Shown here piece by piece: positions 25,706-38,050 of a DNA stretch of 64,000 bases. Every line of letters starts with the position of its first letter. Position 1 is the first letter of the stretch. The notes beneath the pieces were generated by a model that was not told the origin of the DNA, made no database searches, and was given only the letters and a program-made list of their open reading frames with translations. The position numbers and the translations under genes are program-made. The stretch is from Octopus sinensis (lineage: Eukaryota). The stretch is from positions 64,244,464 to 64,308,463 of the forward strand of contig NC_043011.1 of NCBI RefSeq assembly GCF_006345805.1, written 5' to 3'.

Positions 25706-26203
25706 GGTCAGACATAATAATGCGCTACCACACCTAACTATCTTTCAGTTTTAGATAATTTGCTTGCAGATTTTATACATTACAATTCCACATAATAGTT
25801 TATGAAAGCATTGCAAAATAACCCTAAAATAATTTTCATTCACCGGGTGTATCGACATGTAACGCAAGCAAAATTTGAAGTAGGTAGAATTATGAAATAG
25901 TTCACCACAGATTCACTCTTTCTCGAAATGTCTGGAGACTATAACACATGTTTTACTAAGCGATCTATTCGTAAATATATATATATATGTATATATATAT
26001 GTATATATATATGTATATATATATATCAGTTAAGCTAAGTTTATTTTGGGGCTCAAAAAGCAAAAAGCAAGGCCATGTAGGGGGACATGGAGTCATGTAC
26101 AGGATGGTGTTCATGCAAAAAGTGCAGGCTATTTGTGGTCAAGGGAGACTTTGAACCGAGCGGTCGTCGGCATCTTCACTATCTATATCTATATCTCTAT
26201 CTC

Positions 26204-26337
<134 letters not shown>

Positions 26338-26349
26338 AGGGGTAGTTAC

Positions 26350-26560
26350 GAAAAAAACAAAAGACGAAGATCGGTGGTGTAAAAAACAAACAGATGTATT
26401 AGTATAACGCTCAGAAATAGAAAACGTCTTTTATGTTTCGAGCCTACGCTCTTCTACAGAAAGTGACACAGAAAAAATAAGGAGAGAAACAAGGAGAGAA
26501 AAAAGGTGTGTAGTGGCTAACGATCTATCATGGCGACTGACTCGGACAGAAGGGTCACAC
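26350..26560 (-). mobile_element. Penelope-like pseudo-LTR fragment with mutated hammerhead
   Basis: Minus 26463-26428: cttt-CTGTAGA-A-GAGC-gtag-GCTC-GAAA-CAT-A-aaag. Confidence 0.6.
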
Positions 26561-26664
26561 ACGAGAGGGATTATATATATGTATGTGTGTATGTACGTAT
26601 ATATAAAGATTCCATATCATCAACATTTAAGTAATTTTTGTTTCATTATTTTCTATATTTTTAG

Positions 26665-26764
26665 GTGTTGCGATATCAGAGGATTGCAATGTGTGGGCAC
26701 AAAGGAACTGTGGCGTATCCGCATCGTATTTCTTCTCACTCGATTCTGACAAACGTTTTTGCAG
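26665..26764 (+). CDS. Gene B exon 2: GVAISEDCNVWAQRNCGVSASYFFSLDSDKRFC(R)
   Basis: tttttag acceptor, gtagat donor, 100 nt, phase 1 to 2. Confidence 0.92.
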
Positions 26765-27249
26765 GTAGATACACATTCAAACTATAAGAATTACAATTAC
26801 AATCTTTCAATATTGCAACTTGGCCAGTAAACAGAATCGTTAAGAGACCAGGAACAATGCATTGCGGCATTTTCTTCAAATTCCGCCGAAGTCGACTTTG
26901 TCTATCATTTATTTCGATGGCGAAAAAAAAAGTACCAGTCATGTACTGAGCCCCATGTAATTGACTTACTAGCATTACCCGAAATTGTTGGTCCTTTAAT
27001 CAGTTTCACAAGATACAATTACTTTCTTCATCATCAATATATCCATCTATCTACAACAGTTATTTATACATGTATTTAGCTATCTGTATATTTGTCTATA
27101 TATTTCACTGTCTATTTATCTTTCTATTTTTCTAACCATCATTGTTTCCATCTGCATTTACCTATCTACTTGACCATCTATCTCTCTTTCTACATATCGA
27201 CCTATCTATCAAACTATCCATCCATCCATCCATTCATATCTCTGTATGT

Positions 27250-27526
27250 CTGCCATTTTGTCTATCAAGATGTGAGCCGCTGAAAAAGGTGGCAGTATTA
27301 AGAATACATCGGAACCCTAGGAACTGTGAGTAAAAACCTTGAGACGTACATGGAACAAATAGGGGATGCAATAAGGTTGGGGCACCTGCGGAAAATGCGC
27401 TGCTTGGAACCGCTGGAATACTTCGGAATGTGCTCGAAAGGTAAGAGGTGTTACCTTTGTTCACTGGTAAATAACAGCTTACACTGTAGTACATCTCCAG
27501 CCTTAGAAGCTGTACAAAGATGGTGA

Positions 27527-27530
<4 letters not shown>
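27250..27530 (+). mobile_element. R4/Dong-clade LINE 3' end with (AAT)n tail
   Basis: Remnant LGTVSKNLETYMEQIG...LLGTAGILR..VL typical of the RLE-clade C-terminus; (AAT)n at 27530-27562. Confidence 0.7.
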
Positions 27531-27562
<32 letters not shown>

Positions 27563-27564
<2 letters not shown>

Positions 27565-28285
27565 CTAGAGCAACAACAAATATAATAACAGCACTAAATG
27601 CCATGAAGACATAAGGCTAAGTTCAGAAATGGTAAAAACGGAGTTAAGAGAATTCCTAAATTAGAGGAGCCCTGGACCGGGTGAAGGCCAATGCATAAAG
27701 AAACTGATAGTGTTCCGTGACAGAATATCGAAACAGCTAGATGAATGTTTGCAGAATGGGGATGTACCCAGCTGGATGACAAAAGGGAGAGTTGTTGTTG
27801 TGTGCCAATGATCGCGAAAAGGGAAATTTTGCAACTTTCCGTTAATGTGGAAACTAATGACGGGTACGTTGGACGGCGAACAATATAGATACCTGGAAAG
27901 CGCTGGGCTGCTACCCACTAAACAATAAGGGTGCCGAATGAGGTGTTGAAGAACAAAGAATCTTCTCTTAATTGATAATCTAATTATCAGGAACTGCAAG
28001 AAAATGTGCACAAATCTGAGCATGGCATGGGCAGACTATCGTAAAGAATATGATATGATACCCAACTCCTTGATAATAAAAGCAATGAAAATGTTTGGAG
28101 TAGCAGAAAATATGAGAAGCTTTATATAGAATAGCATGAAATGTTGAAGAAAGGAATTTACAGCAGAGAAGGAAGTATTAGGAGGGGTGAAAATCAAGAG
28201 AGTTATCTTCCAGCGAGTGAGTGTGTCCCCACTGATTTTCGTGCTGAGAATGATCCCCCTGAGCGAAATACCACAGAAAGATTTA
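27563..28285 (+). mobile_element. R4/Dong-clade RT fragment
   Basis: Degenerate SPGP..., VPSWMTKGR, LMWKLMTG, LSMAWADYRK.YD, IKR.IFQ..VSPLIFV motifs. Confidence 0.75.
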
Positions 28286-28289
28286 AAGT

Positions 28290-28790
28290 GCCTACCTAGG
28301 CGGAGGGATCTCAGTGCCTACCACGACGTACGACAGAAGGGGCAAAGTGTTGCACTGAATGATGACGACAGTCGAAAGCTTTATTATGAAAGACAATTAA
28401 GCATCATTCCGAGCTCATGTACCCCTATCAACATGCAGACCATGAGATATATCTTAGAGCGGGGACGTAAACTACATGGCATCAGTGGTCTCTGATCAAT
28501 TTAGAACGATCGAAAGCTTTCGATACGCCCGACAAGCAATACTTAGCAACTGTATTCAAAGCGGTCAGTTTCGTCCCTACACCCGCGTTTGTATTGACGC
28601 AGTATATAGTAATAGAGACTTGGTGAATTGTGTCTTCCGTTTCAAATGATTCGGGAACTACTACTTTGGAATCTGGAGACCTTGTTGTGTATCTGGCGCA
28701 CATTAAGTCGAGTGAACTGCGTGAGTATTCGTGGACGATGTGATCGTCTTAAATCGTTCACTAATTACATAGATCAGTTTGCGACTGCCC
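28290..28790 (+). mobile_element. Tx1/L1-like RT fragment
   Basis: Degenerate LINL.RSKAFD..DKQYL and FVDDV motifs; homologous to the reverse complement of 55935-56690. Confidence 0.65.
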
Positions 28791-29228
28791 TTTTGTAATA
28801 CAGGGCGTTCACAGGAGAAACATGAGCGTCCGCTTTTCAAAATGGAATAAAGAGAACAAGAGGTGACACGTGATATAGGGTCAATGAAATGGTCAGAGGA
28901 TGTGTGACGAAGGGGCTTTTTACAGAAAAAAACTAAAATAATTGAAATGAAACCGTATTATCTTTGGGAAAATGTGAACATACCCAAGTACAACGATATA
29001 TTTCAACTTACGATATTGAGAACCTTACATAACAAATACATAAACGTGTGTGCCACGCGGGCGACCCGGTTTCCTTTCCCGGCCGATGTACCATGTTTCA
29101 CAAGGCAGAACTCCATTATCGCTCATAGGAAAATCTCATTCTATATAATAAAATATTGAAGAACATAAAAATTTGTGCCCGTTTCTTTTAAATGATTCTG
29201 ACTAATTATATATTATTTTTTCTCTCAG

Positions 29229-29316
29229 ATTAATGGAAGAGAAGAAAGCCTGTCTTTACATAAAAGTCAATAGTTGTAATAAATTCTTCGATTTCTTTAA
29301 ATATCATAAATGTAAG
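29229..29316 (+). CDS. Gene B exon 3: LMEEKKACLYIKVNSCNKFFDFFKYHKCK
   Basis: ttctctcag acceptor, AAG|gtaaga donor, 88 nt, phase 2 to 0. Confidence 0.92.
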
Positions 29317-29660
29317 GTAAGATAATCAGTATTGCTTGTTAAATTTTCCCATTCGCAGTCATTTGGCTTATAGCAATTCTTTGGCACAGCTTTGAGTGGT
29401 AAGACTCAATGAAACCTAACCTAGTGCCCAACTTTAAATTTGATACGTATTCTAATGATTTCAAAGTAAAATTGCAGCTGAGGAAATGAATTGCAAAATT
29501 TGTGCCGAGGACGAACAGTACGTGGTGTATTCCAGGACAAAAAGGAGTTATGTTAACATATGCAAATGTATTGAAGAGGGAACTCAATTTGAGGCTCACG
29601 CTCTGTTTTGATAATACGATACGATGATAGTGATAACATACAACAAAATATATATATATC

Positions 29661-29882
29661 TGTAAATGTAATATGTGACAATTATTCGGTAGCCATAATA
29701 AAACTCTGAATTTCGGATGCCGAAGTGGAAATACACGTCGCCATCTCTTCAGTTATTTGGCCAGTATTTTTTTTTCAGATAGCCGGATAATTAAAGAGAT
29801 GGCGGCGTGCGTTTCCACCTCGGCATCCGAAACTCAGAGTTTTATCATGGCTACGGAATAATTGTCACATGTTACTTTTACA
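29661..29882. repeat. Foldback palindrome, ~100-bp arms
   Basis: tgtaaatgtaatatgtgacaattattcggtagcc... pairs with ...ggctacggaataattgtcacatgttacttttaca; loop ~20 nt. Confidence 0.9.
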
Positions 29883-29962
29883 CATAAATTCCTCTATTTA
29901 CATAATATCGAGGTCTCTTTCTTTCTTTTGCTCTGTTACCATTTTTATCAATATATATATAC

Positions 29963-30014
<52 letters not shown>

Positions 30015-30098
30015 CTTAGAATAACTTAGAAAGGTTTTGGCCAGTATTGGCCGAGGCCATGTCTAACTTAATAGCACCACCTGGCGAAGTCTTTCGAT

Positions 30099-33057
30099 TC
30101 AGGATTTGGGCACCGAGGCCCATTCGAGCAGAGAGTTATTGTTTGCGGAGACATATCCGGGTGTGGGTTGTTTGTCTGGGACTGTTTGAAGGAATTTGTC
30201 CAAAGACTTCTTGAATTTTGTGTGGTCAGTTTCTGTTTTGACGTGTCCTGGTGTAATGTTGAAGAGAGCGGGTCCAATTGAGGTGAAATAATTGTGCCGT
30301 ATTGTCGTTATGTGATGCGATTTAGATTTTTGTTGTGGACGGATGGCACGTGGTCTAAGCCTTGGATGTATTTTGAAGGTGATGCCAACATCATTCGGAC
30401 AGTGCTGATGGAATATTTTCCACTTCAAACAGATAATGTAGCATTCACGGCGTCGTTGGATTGAATACAGTTTCAGCTTTTCCAGGCGACCCCAGTAGTC
30501 GAGGTCTGACATGCCATTTATTTTTTGTGATTGACCTTTGGGGAGCTTCAATTATCATTATATTTTGTTTTGTGTAGGGAGACCACGGTAGACAGCAGTA
30601 TTCAAGGTAGGGTCGGGCAAAAGTGGAGAAGAGAAGGATAATGTTTTGGGAATCTCTCGACTGGAAGGTTCTGAGAATCCAGGAACACATTCTGCGCGCC
30701 ATATCAACTTTGCTGCTTATATGTGTTAACCAGCTTATGTTGTTGTCCACTGTTAGTCCCAAGTCTCTGATGCTGTTAGACGCCATGAGAATTTCTCCAG
30801 AAGGAAGGGAGTATGGGATTTTCAGAGCGTCCTCCCTTCCAAAGTGGATCAGTTCGAATTTGTCTTCGTTTAGCAACATGTTTTCCTTTTCCGCCCATTG
30901 AACAACAGCCAGTAAGTTTGACTGAAGGCTTTGTCGGTCATCCACGCCATTGATGACCTTTTGGATCTTGGAATCATCAGCGAAGGTTCTGAAGTTACTG
31001 TGTTTGATGGTGTCAGTAATATCATTAATGTAGATGATGAAGAGAAGTGGGCCCAACACAGTGCCTTGTGGGACACCACTGCTGACTTTGGCTGGGCTGG
31101 ATTTGACTCCTTCGACTACAACATGTTGGGTTCTGTTAGACAGGAAGCACTTGATCCACTGCAGCAGCTTTCCAGTGACACCAATATTGGACAGCTTTCT
31201 CAAAATGATCTTATGATCAACCCTGTCAAAGGCCTTGCTGAAATCAAGGTAGATGACATCAGTGTTGGAACCCTCTCCCAAGGCTCTCAAAATGTCATCA
31301 AAGGATGCAGTAGCTGCGTCAGGCATTCTCTTCCATTACGGAATCCATGCTGGTTGGAGTTCAGCATATTATGACTCTCGAGGAAGTGGGTCATACGCGA
31401 GCTCAGCACTCTCTCAAATACCTTAATGATATGAGAGGTGAGTGAGATTGGACGGTAATTCACGGCAAGCGATTTGTTTCCTTTGTTGACAACTGGGACA
31501 ACAGCCTGGGATAGGTCTTCCGGTATATATCCAGCATCCAGTGAGTTCCGCCACAGATTGGCTAGAGGGGGTGCAAGTTGATGTTGACACATATTCAAGA
31601 CACAAGCAGGGAACCTATCGGGACCTACTGCTGAATTATGCCTCATTTCCTTTATTGCTGCAAAGACATCAGGAGCACCAAAGGTTATGTCCGATAAAGT
31701 ATATTGGGGAGTAACATCACTGATACAGCCCAGATGAGTCATATCAGGATTGCTGAAACAGAGCAATATTGTTTCTGCAATATCTCTCCCATGGTTTTGG
31801 CATTGTCTTGATGAGTACCATTTTCATCAATCAGACGGCCAACAGTAGAACCAGTGACTCTGTGTTTTTTTTGCAAACGAAAAGAACACTTTTGGATTGA
31901 GTTTGATCTTCTCAATGGCCCAGGCCTCTTCAGCTCTTCTCTGACTATTGATGATAGACCTTATGTTGTTTTGGAGTTTATGTTTTTTAATCTCTAGCGA
32001 CGAGATGGCAGTCAGGTTGGAGAGATATTCTATTTCTAGGGATTCGACACTTAGATTTGTTTGCAGATCTTAATGAGGTGTGTTTTGCATATATGTCATA
32101 TGTCCGTAATGGTGTCTACAAATGACTGCCAGGACGTTTTGATATTTTTTAATGTTAGTGGGTGTGTATGTGTGCGTGAAGGACCAATCGACTTGTGCAA
32201 GATCATTATTGATCGCTTCCCAGTTTGCATTGTGGAAATCCATAGTGTCAAATGGATGAACAGGATGGATGACATTTGTTTTGTATTTTGGCCGGTAAAA
32301 TCTCAGATCACAGAGAACCATGTCATGATCTGAGAGTAGGATTTTCTCCACTGCAATATTGTGGATAGTATTAGTGTGATTGCTGAAAATTAAGTCTAAG
32401 ACGTTTTTGTGACATCTCGTTGTTCGAGCACCACTTGGGACAGGAAGAAATAATCCATGAAGTCAAGAAGCGATTCCACTGCCTCCCTGTCAGGGGTTGA
32501 GAGAGAATAACCTTGCGGCAGACTGTTTGTAGACCAGTCAACCCCGGGAAGGTTGAAGTCTCCCATCATTAAATTATTGTCAGGTTGACACTGCTGAATT
32601 AAACACTTTATGCTGTTGAGGCATTCCTTGAAGCATGGTAGGGGCGTCTGGGTGGTCTGTAGAGCTCAACTACTGTTAATTTGGTTTGACTGAATACAGC
32701 GACTGCTTCGCCGTATCCATTGGAAAATATGTTCATAGCTTCTGTTGAGAATGAATCATGAACATAAATGGCAGTCCCACCCTTTCTTCTACCAGCACGA
32801 TCAGCACGAATGGCTTTAAAATTTTTAACTTCCACCTCGACTTCCAAGTGGAGGTTACTAAGATGGGTTTCAGTGAGGACGAAGAAAGGGATGTGGTTTG
32901 GATGAGCATCGACCCAGTCCTCCAGGAATTTTATCTTCCATTTTTGAGTATTGGTGGAAGGGCTGATGCGTTGGGCATTAAGCAAAAATGTTGAGGCGAG
33001 AGTGGATGGTTTTAATTTTTTTGGTGTTTTGTTTATTTGATTGCTTTTTAATGGCAT
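30099..33057 (-). pseudogene. LINE ORF2 (endonuclease/reverse transcriptase), broken into at least five frames
   Basis: ORF-track pieces 32608-33057, 32070-32351, 31287-31766, 30445-31326 and 30099-30551 are consecutive parts of one protein. Confidence 0.9.
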
Positions 33058-33710
33058 GTGCAGTGGGGTAATAGTCGTGGATGGTGGTGGGTGATAGCTC
33101 GGATGTTTTTTTCCAGTTCTTTTGCTAGATTCATTATAGCTAAAAAAGAGGAAGAAGTTTCCTGTCTAGGGAACTGTAGGTGACTGTGGTTGTGGTTATT
33201 TTTATATGAGTGGTTATTTCTATATGAGTCGTAGGTTTTTTTGTTTTTAGTTTTATTTTTATTATCAATTGTCCGACGAGTCCCCGGGAGATGGGTAAAG
33301 GGACAATCTCTGTGCAAACACAATCTGTCTCGCTGGAAATAGCGGCAGATTTGGGGATTCTTTGTTTGAGATATTGGTGGTTGTGGTGGTGTTGTAATAG
33401 AGTATGTATTATGGTGGTGGCTTCTATAGTTTGTGGGGATAGTGTGTTTTGTCCCAGGTAAATGGGTGAATTTGCAGTCTCTATCAGTGCACAACCTATG
33501 GCGGAGAGTATAACGGCAAATGATGGGGTTTCGAGTGGGTGTGTAGGTGCGTGTGTGAGTTGTAAGAGGCGTGGATGATAGTTTGTTGAGGTTTTGGCGA
33601 CCTTTGTGACAGTTGAAAGTTATTTTGTTAGGGAAAAGTATGTAGAATAGAATAGATTGTACACAATATTTGCTGTAATACTGAGAAATATGCGATTCTA
33701 TTTGAATCAT
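33048..33710 (-). CDS. LINE ORF1, 220 aa, two CCCH zinc fingers
   Basis: CRYTLRHRLCTDRDCKFTH and CRYFQRDRLCLHRDCPFTH (C-x8-C-x4-C-x3-H), each followed by LPGT; overlaps the ORF2 ATG at 33057. Confidence 0.75.
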   Translation of the reverse strand: MIQIESHISQYYSKYCVQSILFYILFPNKITFNCHKGRQNLNKLSSTPLTTHTRTYTPTRNPIICRYTLRHRLCTDRDCKFTHLPGTKHTIPTNYRSHHHNTYSITTPPQPPISQTKNPQICRYFQRDRLCLHRDCPFTHLPGTRRTIDNKNKTKNKKTYDSYRNNHSYKNNHNHSHLQFPRQETSSSFLAIMNLAKELEKNIRAITHHHPRLLPHCTCH

Positions 33711-33977
33711 GAGCTTGCAGTAATTTTATCTTTCTTTTCTTCTCTTTTTTCCCACTTTTTCTAATTTTTTATTGTGTGTGTGATCCTTTAGTTATCAGAA
33801 GGTATTGACGGGGTGTATATATAAATAAATACTCTCTCATAAGAATGTGCGGTTTTGCTTAATTTGGTCGTTTGAAATTAATGAAAATAATTTGTAGTTA
33901 AAGAAAAGTCTACTCGCGAGTCGAGAAACGCGTGGTTTCGAATGTATAGGAATATAAGTGACGGCCAATTTCGTCTG

Positions 33978-34043
33978 TATATATATATATATGCTATATA
34001 TATATATATAAAATATATATATTATACTATATATATATAACGG

Positions 34044-34118
<75 letters not shown>

Positions 34119-34126
34119 ATATATAT

Positions 34127-34222
<96 letters not shown>

Positions 34223-34267
34223 GGTATATAATATAATATATATATATATATATATATACAATCTATA

Positions 34268-34332
<65 letters not shown>
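33978..34332. repeat. Long (AT)n microsatellite
   Basis: Direct inspection; one of many (AT)n tracts (e.g. 4433-4502, 10330-10440, 13310-13470, 38390-38528, 60010-60235). Confidence 0.95.
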
Positions 34333-34334
<2 letters not shown>

Positions 34335-34335
<1 letters not shown>

Positions 34336-34745
34336 TTAATGAAAGAATGGAGTCGAACGAAGATGTTAACACAGTTCCTTTACTCTCGACACATGTTTCG
34401 AAGACAGCATGTTCTCATTCCAAAGGAATAAAGGGTGCATCATGCAATCTTCTCATCAGGAAAGAAAGGGAGCCTCTCTCGACAACAAGACAAAAACAAA
34501 TTTCGATGATTGCCTACATTGTAAACAAAGCGATAATGAGTGTTTTTTTTAAAAAACCGTTAGAAGAACTGACGTCAAAAATAGATAGTAGGAAGAGAAG
34601 GGTTAAAGTGATAATAGGTAGGCAGCAGTATGTTTGCTGTATGTATGGAAATGTTTGGGTGTGTGCTTGTGTTAATGAGTGCGTGTCTTTGTGTGTGTAT
34701 AACTGCATTTCAGGAGTATCCGGTGGTATATAAAGTGATAAAAAA
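34335..34745 (-). mobile_element. Penelope-like pseudo-LTR
   Basis: Strand-biased low-complexity UTR-like tract ending in a hammerhead; same layout as the arms of 10441-12103. Confidence 0.55.
34377..34469 (-). ncRNA. Intact type I hammerhead ribozyme
   Basis: CCTTT-CTTTC/GAGAG-T-AAAGG stem I, CTGATGA, GAAGA/TCTTC stem II (extended by GCATG/CATGC), GAAA, AC/GT stem III, GUC cleavage triplet. Confidence 0.85.
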
Positions 34746-35786
34746 ATAATAAAATTTCGTTAAAATAACTGTTTATTCTGTTTTGTAGTGAGAAAAAAGG
34801 CCGAAAAATAAAATTGCAGAAGAGAAAAAGAGAATTGTACACTTCAACCAGCGAGAAAACTATTGAAAATAACCGTTAGCAGATATGAATGTTTAAACGA
34901 CATCGGGCAAGCTGCATGACACCAGTCCACACGCTCATACAAGCATTAGCAAATTAACAAATAATAGAAAAAATCATTAAAATGTCTGTTCCACAATCCA
35001 GCTTCCTGTTTTGTAGAGATAAAAACACAGCCAGACGGAAAAAATTCTTCATATACACAGAAGATCCAAAAATAAAACTGCAGAAGATGAAAAATGAAAT
35101 GAACACTCAATCCAGGGATTTTCAGCTTTGCTGCTAATTTTCCAAAATTCAAAGTTAATTGAATGTTTGGTATATCAATTTCGTTTCCAAAATGAATATG
35201 CACAAAAAATTGAAAAATGTTGTAGACGCTTAAATTTTGATAATTGTAAGCTAATCAGAAAACAGGATTAAAGAAGCTATTATTTTGTGCGTGACAGCAC
35301 GTGTCCTCAACTGTAAACGAACCAGATATTGGCGGAATTCGGTTTTACGCAGGCAACCTAACCCCTCAATTCAGTTTTAATTTATTTTGGGGAACTTTAA
35401 GATAGTTTTTGAAATTTTTTTCTACACGCACGAAGTCGTACGATTGTGCAAAAACCTACGAATAGATTTGCGAAGTGCGCGATATAAGGGCTATTTAGCT
35501 GCTGTTTTAGCACACCTCACCACTGATTCCATTGATAATTAATATTTGTTAACACATGCTCCACTTCTTACCTTGGAAACAGGCTTCAATGTGGCTGTAG
35601 CACCAGATTTGCTAAAATTACCCCAAAATTGGGAACCTTATATCTGTAAACACATTATCTATTGATTTATGGTGACAATGAATTTCGAGGTGTCGATTAG
35701 CATTTAAATGTATATCATTACACAGAACATGAAATCAATTCAAACAGAAAATAAAGACTTATAATTAGCAGCCAGATAAAAAAAAT

Positions 35787-35835
<49 letters not shown>

Positions 35836-36576
35836 CATGTGTGTGTGTGAGTGTGTGCGTGTGTGTGCGTGTGTGTGTGTGTGTCTGTGTCTGTGTGTGT
35901 GCATGTGTGCTTGTGTGTGTGTGTGCGTGTACGTGTGTGTGTGGGTGTGTGGGTGTGCGTGTGTGTGTGTGTGTGTTTGTGTGTGTATACATGCACATTA
36001 CGTCAAGACTTCCGAATTTAACAATGAGTTTTCTCCTATCTCAAAAAGTAACATAATTTCTGCAGTCATATAAATGATTATCTTTATTAATGAAGAACTG
36101 TAATTAATATTTTTAAAAATATAATAAAAAACTTAGGTTTGCAACATTTGTTACAAAACAATTTGTTGTTATATTCCCAAAACTAACAGGAATTTGTTTT
36201 CTCTTGTCATTTATATTTCTATACACTTATTTGTCTCATACAATACATTCTATATATTTTATAGAAAGATACGTTAATAAGCATTTGTTATGAGTACTTA
36301 CTGATTTGTTGAATTCGTACGTTATGAAAATATTCCACTTTAATAATTAGATATTCATAATTATATAAATGGTGTCTCTGAAGGGAGTCTGTCGGTTAAA
36401 ACTTGTCTTCAAAATAATAATTTAGAATTTAATTACCACTTATATATGGAGTGTCTATTTACAACCATACACATATAAAAGCACAAATGTCATCCCTGTC
36501 AACATCTATATATAAAATTATATATATATATAATCATATATATATATAATTATATATATATATATATATATATATA

Positions 36577-36908
36577 ATTTGCCATCAAGATGAAGGACAA
36601 GATACTGTGATAGCCTGGGCTTCAGAGGCCCACAGCTCTTCAATATCCTCCCGAAGAACCTGAGGGACCTGCATGGGGTGGATGCGGATGTCTTTAAAGT
36701 AAGACTGGATCTCTTCCTGTCAGGTGTCCTGGATGAACCAACTTCACGGCAGGAGGTGCAGATGAGGGCAGCTGCATCGAACTCTCTCATGCACCGAATG
36801 GCTGTTGCTAAAAACCATTCATGAAGTAAAATCATGTAGCAACACCAAATGGCGGTGCCCCGGCAAGGTCACAGCTCGTGAGCTGAAACTAGATAAAATA
36901 AAATAAAA

Positions 36909-36910
<2 letters not shown>
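36577..36910 (+). mobile_element. CR1/L2-group LINE 3' end
   Basis: SLGFRGPQLFNILPKNLRDLHGVDADVFKVRLDLFLSGVLDEP parallels the C-terminus of the 30011 LINE; (TAAAA)n tail. Confidence 0.75.
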
Positions 36911-36979
<69 letters not shown>

Positions 36980-37099
36980 GAAATATGTTACGAAAAGAAA
37001 ATATAAAATACACGTGGAAATGTAAGGGTAAAATATGAAAAATCCGCGAAAATGCATATTGCAAATAGAAAAAGGCTGTTTATGACAGGTAGTGACAAG

Positions 37100-38050
37100 T
37101 ATATACATTTAGATTGACTGAGGTAGTAATACGAGTCCTAAAAGTCGTTATTATGAGATGATTATAAGATGATAATAAAGTAAGAGAATAAAACGAGGCA
37201 ATTGCCTTACGTGAAGGCTATTCATCATTTGAACAACACCGGTTAATATACGGTGTCAGGTCTAATAGTTCCTGAGAAAAAAGATTATTAGTAAGGGAGG
37301 TAAGTAGTCCTGGAATTAGAGATGTGAGTGATGTAGGTAGTGTATAGGGTTTAGTGGTTTAAATTGAAGATTTAGTAGTGTTCTGTATTGAGTTGCGTGT
37401 TCATATTTAGTTGGGAGAGAAATTTGTTAATGAAAAATGCCTCTTTATTCAACCTTTGTTGCATTGTGGTGTTCTGTGATCATTGGTAAAATGGAAATAT
37501 TTGGAAATTGGGATTAAGATTCCTGGCATATATTTCTATGTGTTCACTCATCTTTAACTATCTGTATTGTGGGTGACGGATTCGCTCTTTGTGAATGGTG
37601 ATTCCTTGACGGAGCGAAATTCCTGTTTGTCCAATATAGAGTTTACCACATCCTATGCATGTCATGCCATAGATTACATTTGCTGAGGCGCAGGTGAAAT
37701 TTGATTTGATGTTAAATATTTCTCCTTGTTTGAATTGGAATTCTGAACCCTCCAGAAGGTGGGGGCATGTTCCACATTTAGAACGTCCACATTTTCTCAC
37801 TTTTGGCTCAGTAGTTAGTGGGTAAAATCTAGCGCTGGTTAATATTCTTTTCAATGACTTCGGTTGCTTTTTTGCTTTTTATAATTTTATATGAAATTAA
37901 AATTTCGTTCATTTTTTTGTCTGCTGTGAGAATGGGAATGTTTTGGGTGATGATGTCGAAGGCTTCGTTATTTCTGGGGTTATGTGTGGAGATGTACGGG
38001 AGTATTTTTAAGTCTTGTTTAGTATTTAGCTAGTTTTCCTTAATCTTTGT
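37100..38050 (-). mobile_element. Penelope-like element 3' part with GIY-YIG endonuclease
   Basis: KCGRSKCGTC...FTCASANVIYGMTCIGCGKLYIGQTG...H, then EAFFINKF and a pseudo-LTR-like tail. Confidence 0.9.

Larger units (their letters stand above)
30011..33977 (-). mobile_element. Near-full-length CR1/L2-group LINE (ORF1 + frameshifted APE-RT ORF2)
   Basis: APE motifs (FLLNAQ, VLTETHL, RADRAGRRKGGTAIYV), RT motifs (YLDFSKAFDRVDH, SGVPQGTVLGPLLF, FADDSK); 3' tandem repeat (tctaagttat)2; flanked by (AT)n on both sides. Confidence 0.95.

Noticed and set aside
30931-31374. 147-aa + strand ORF
   Set aside because: Antisense shadow of the LINE RT coding region.
34788-34880. Acceptor-like gttttgtag in gene B intron 3
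   Set aside because: The phase-0 frame begins with TGA and has no similarity to exon 4 or 5 of the paralogs.
37195-37245. Hammerhead expected at the end of the GIY-YIG Penelope fragment
   Set aside because: Only ATGATGA and a GCCTT/AAGGC stem remain; no GAAA box.
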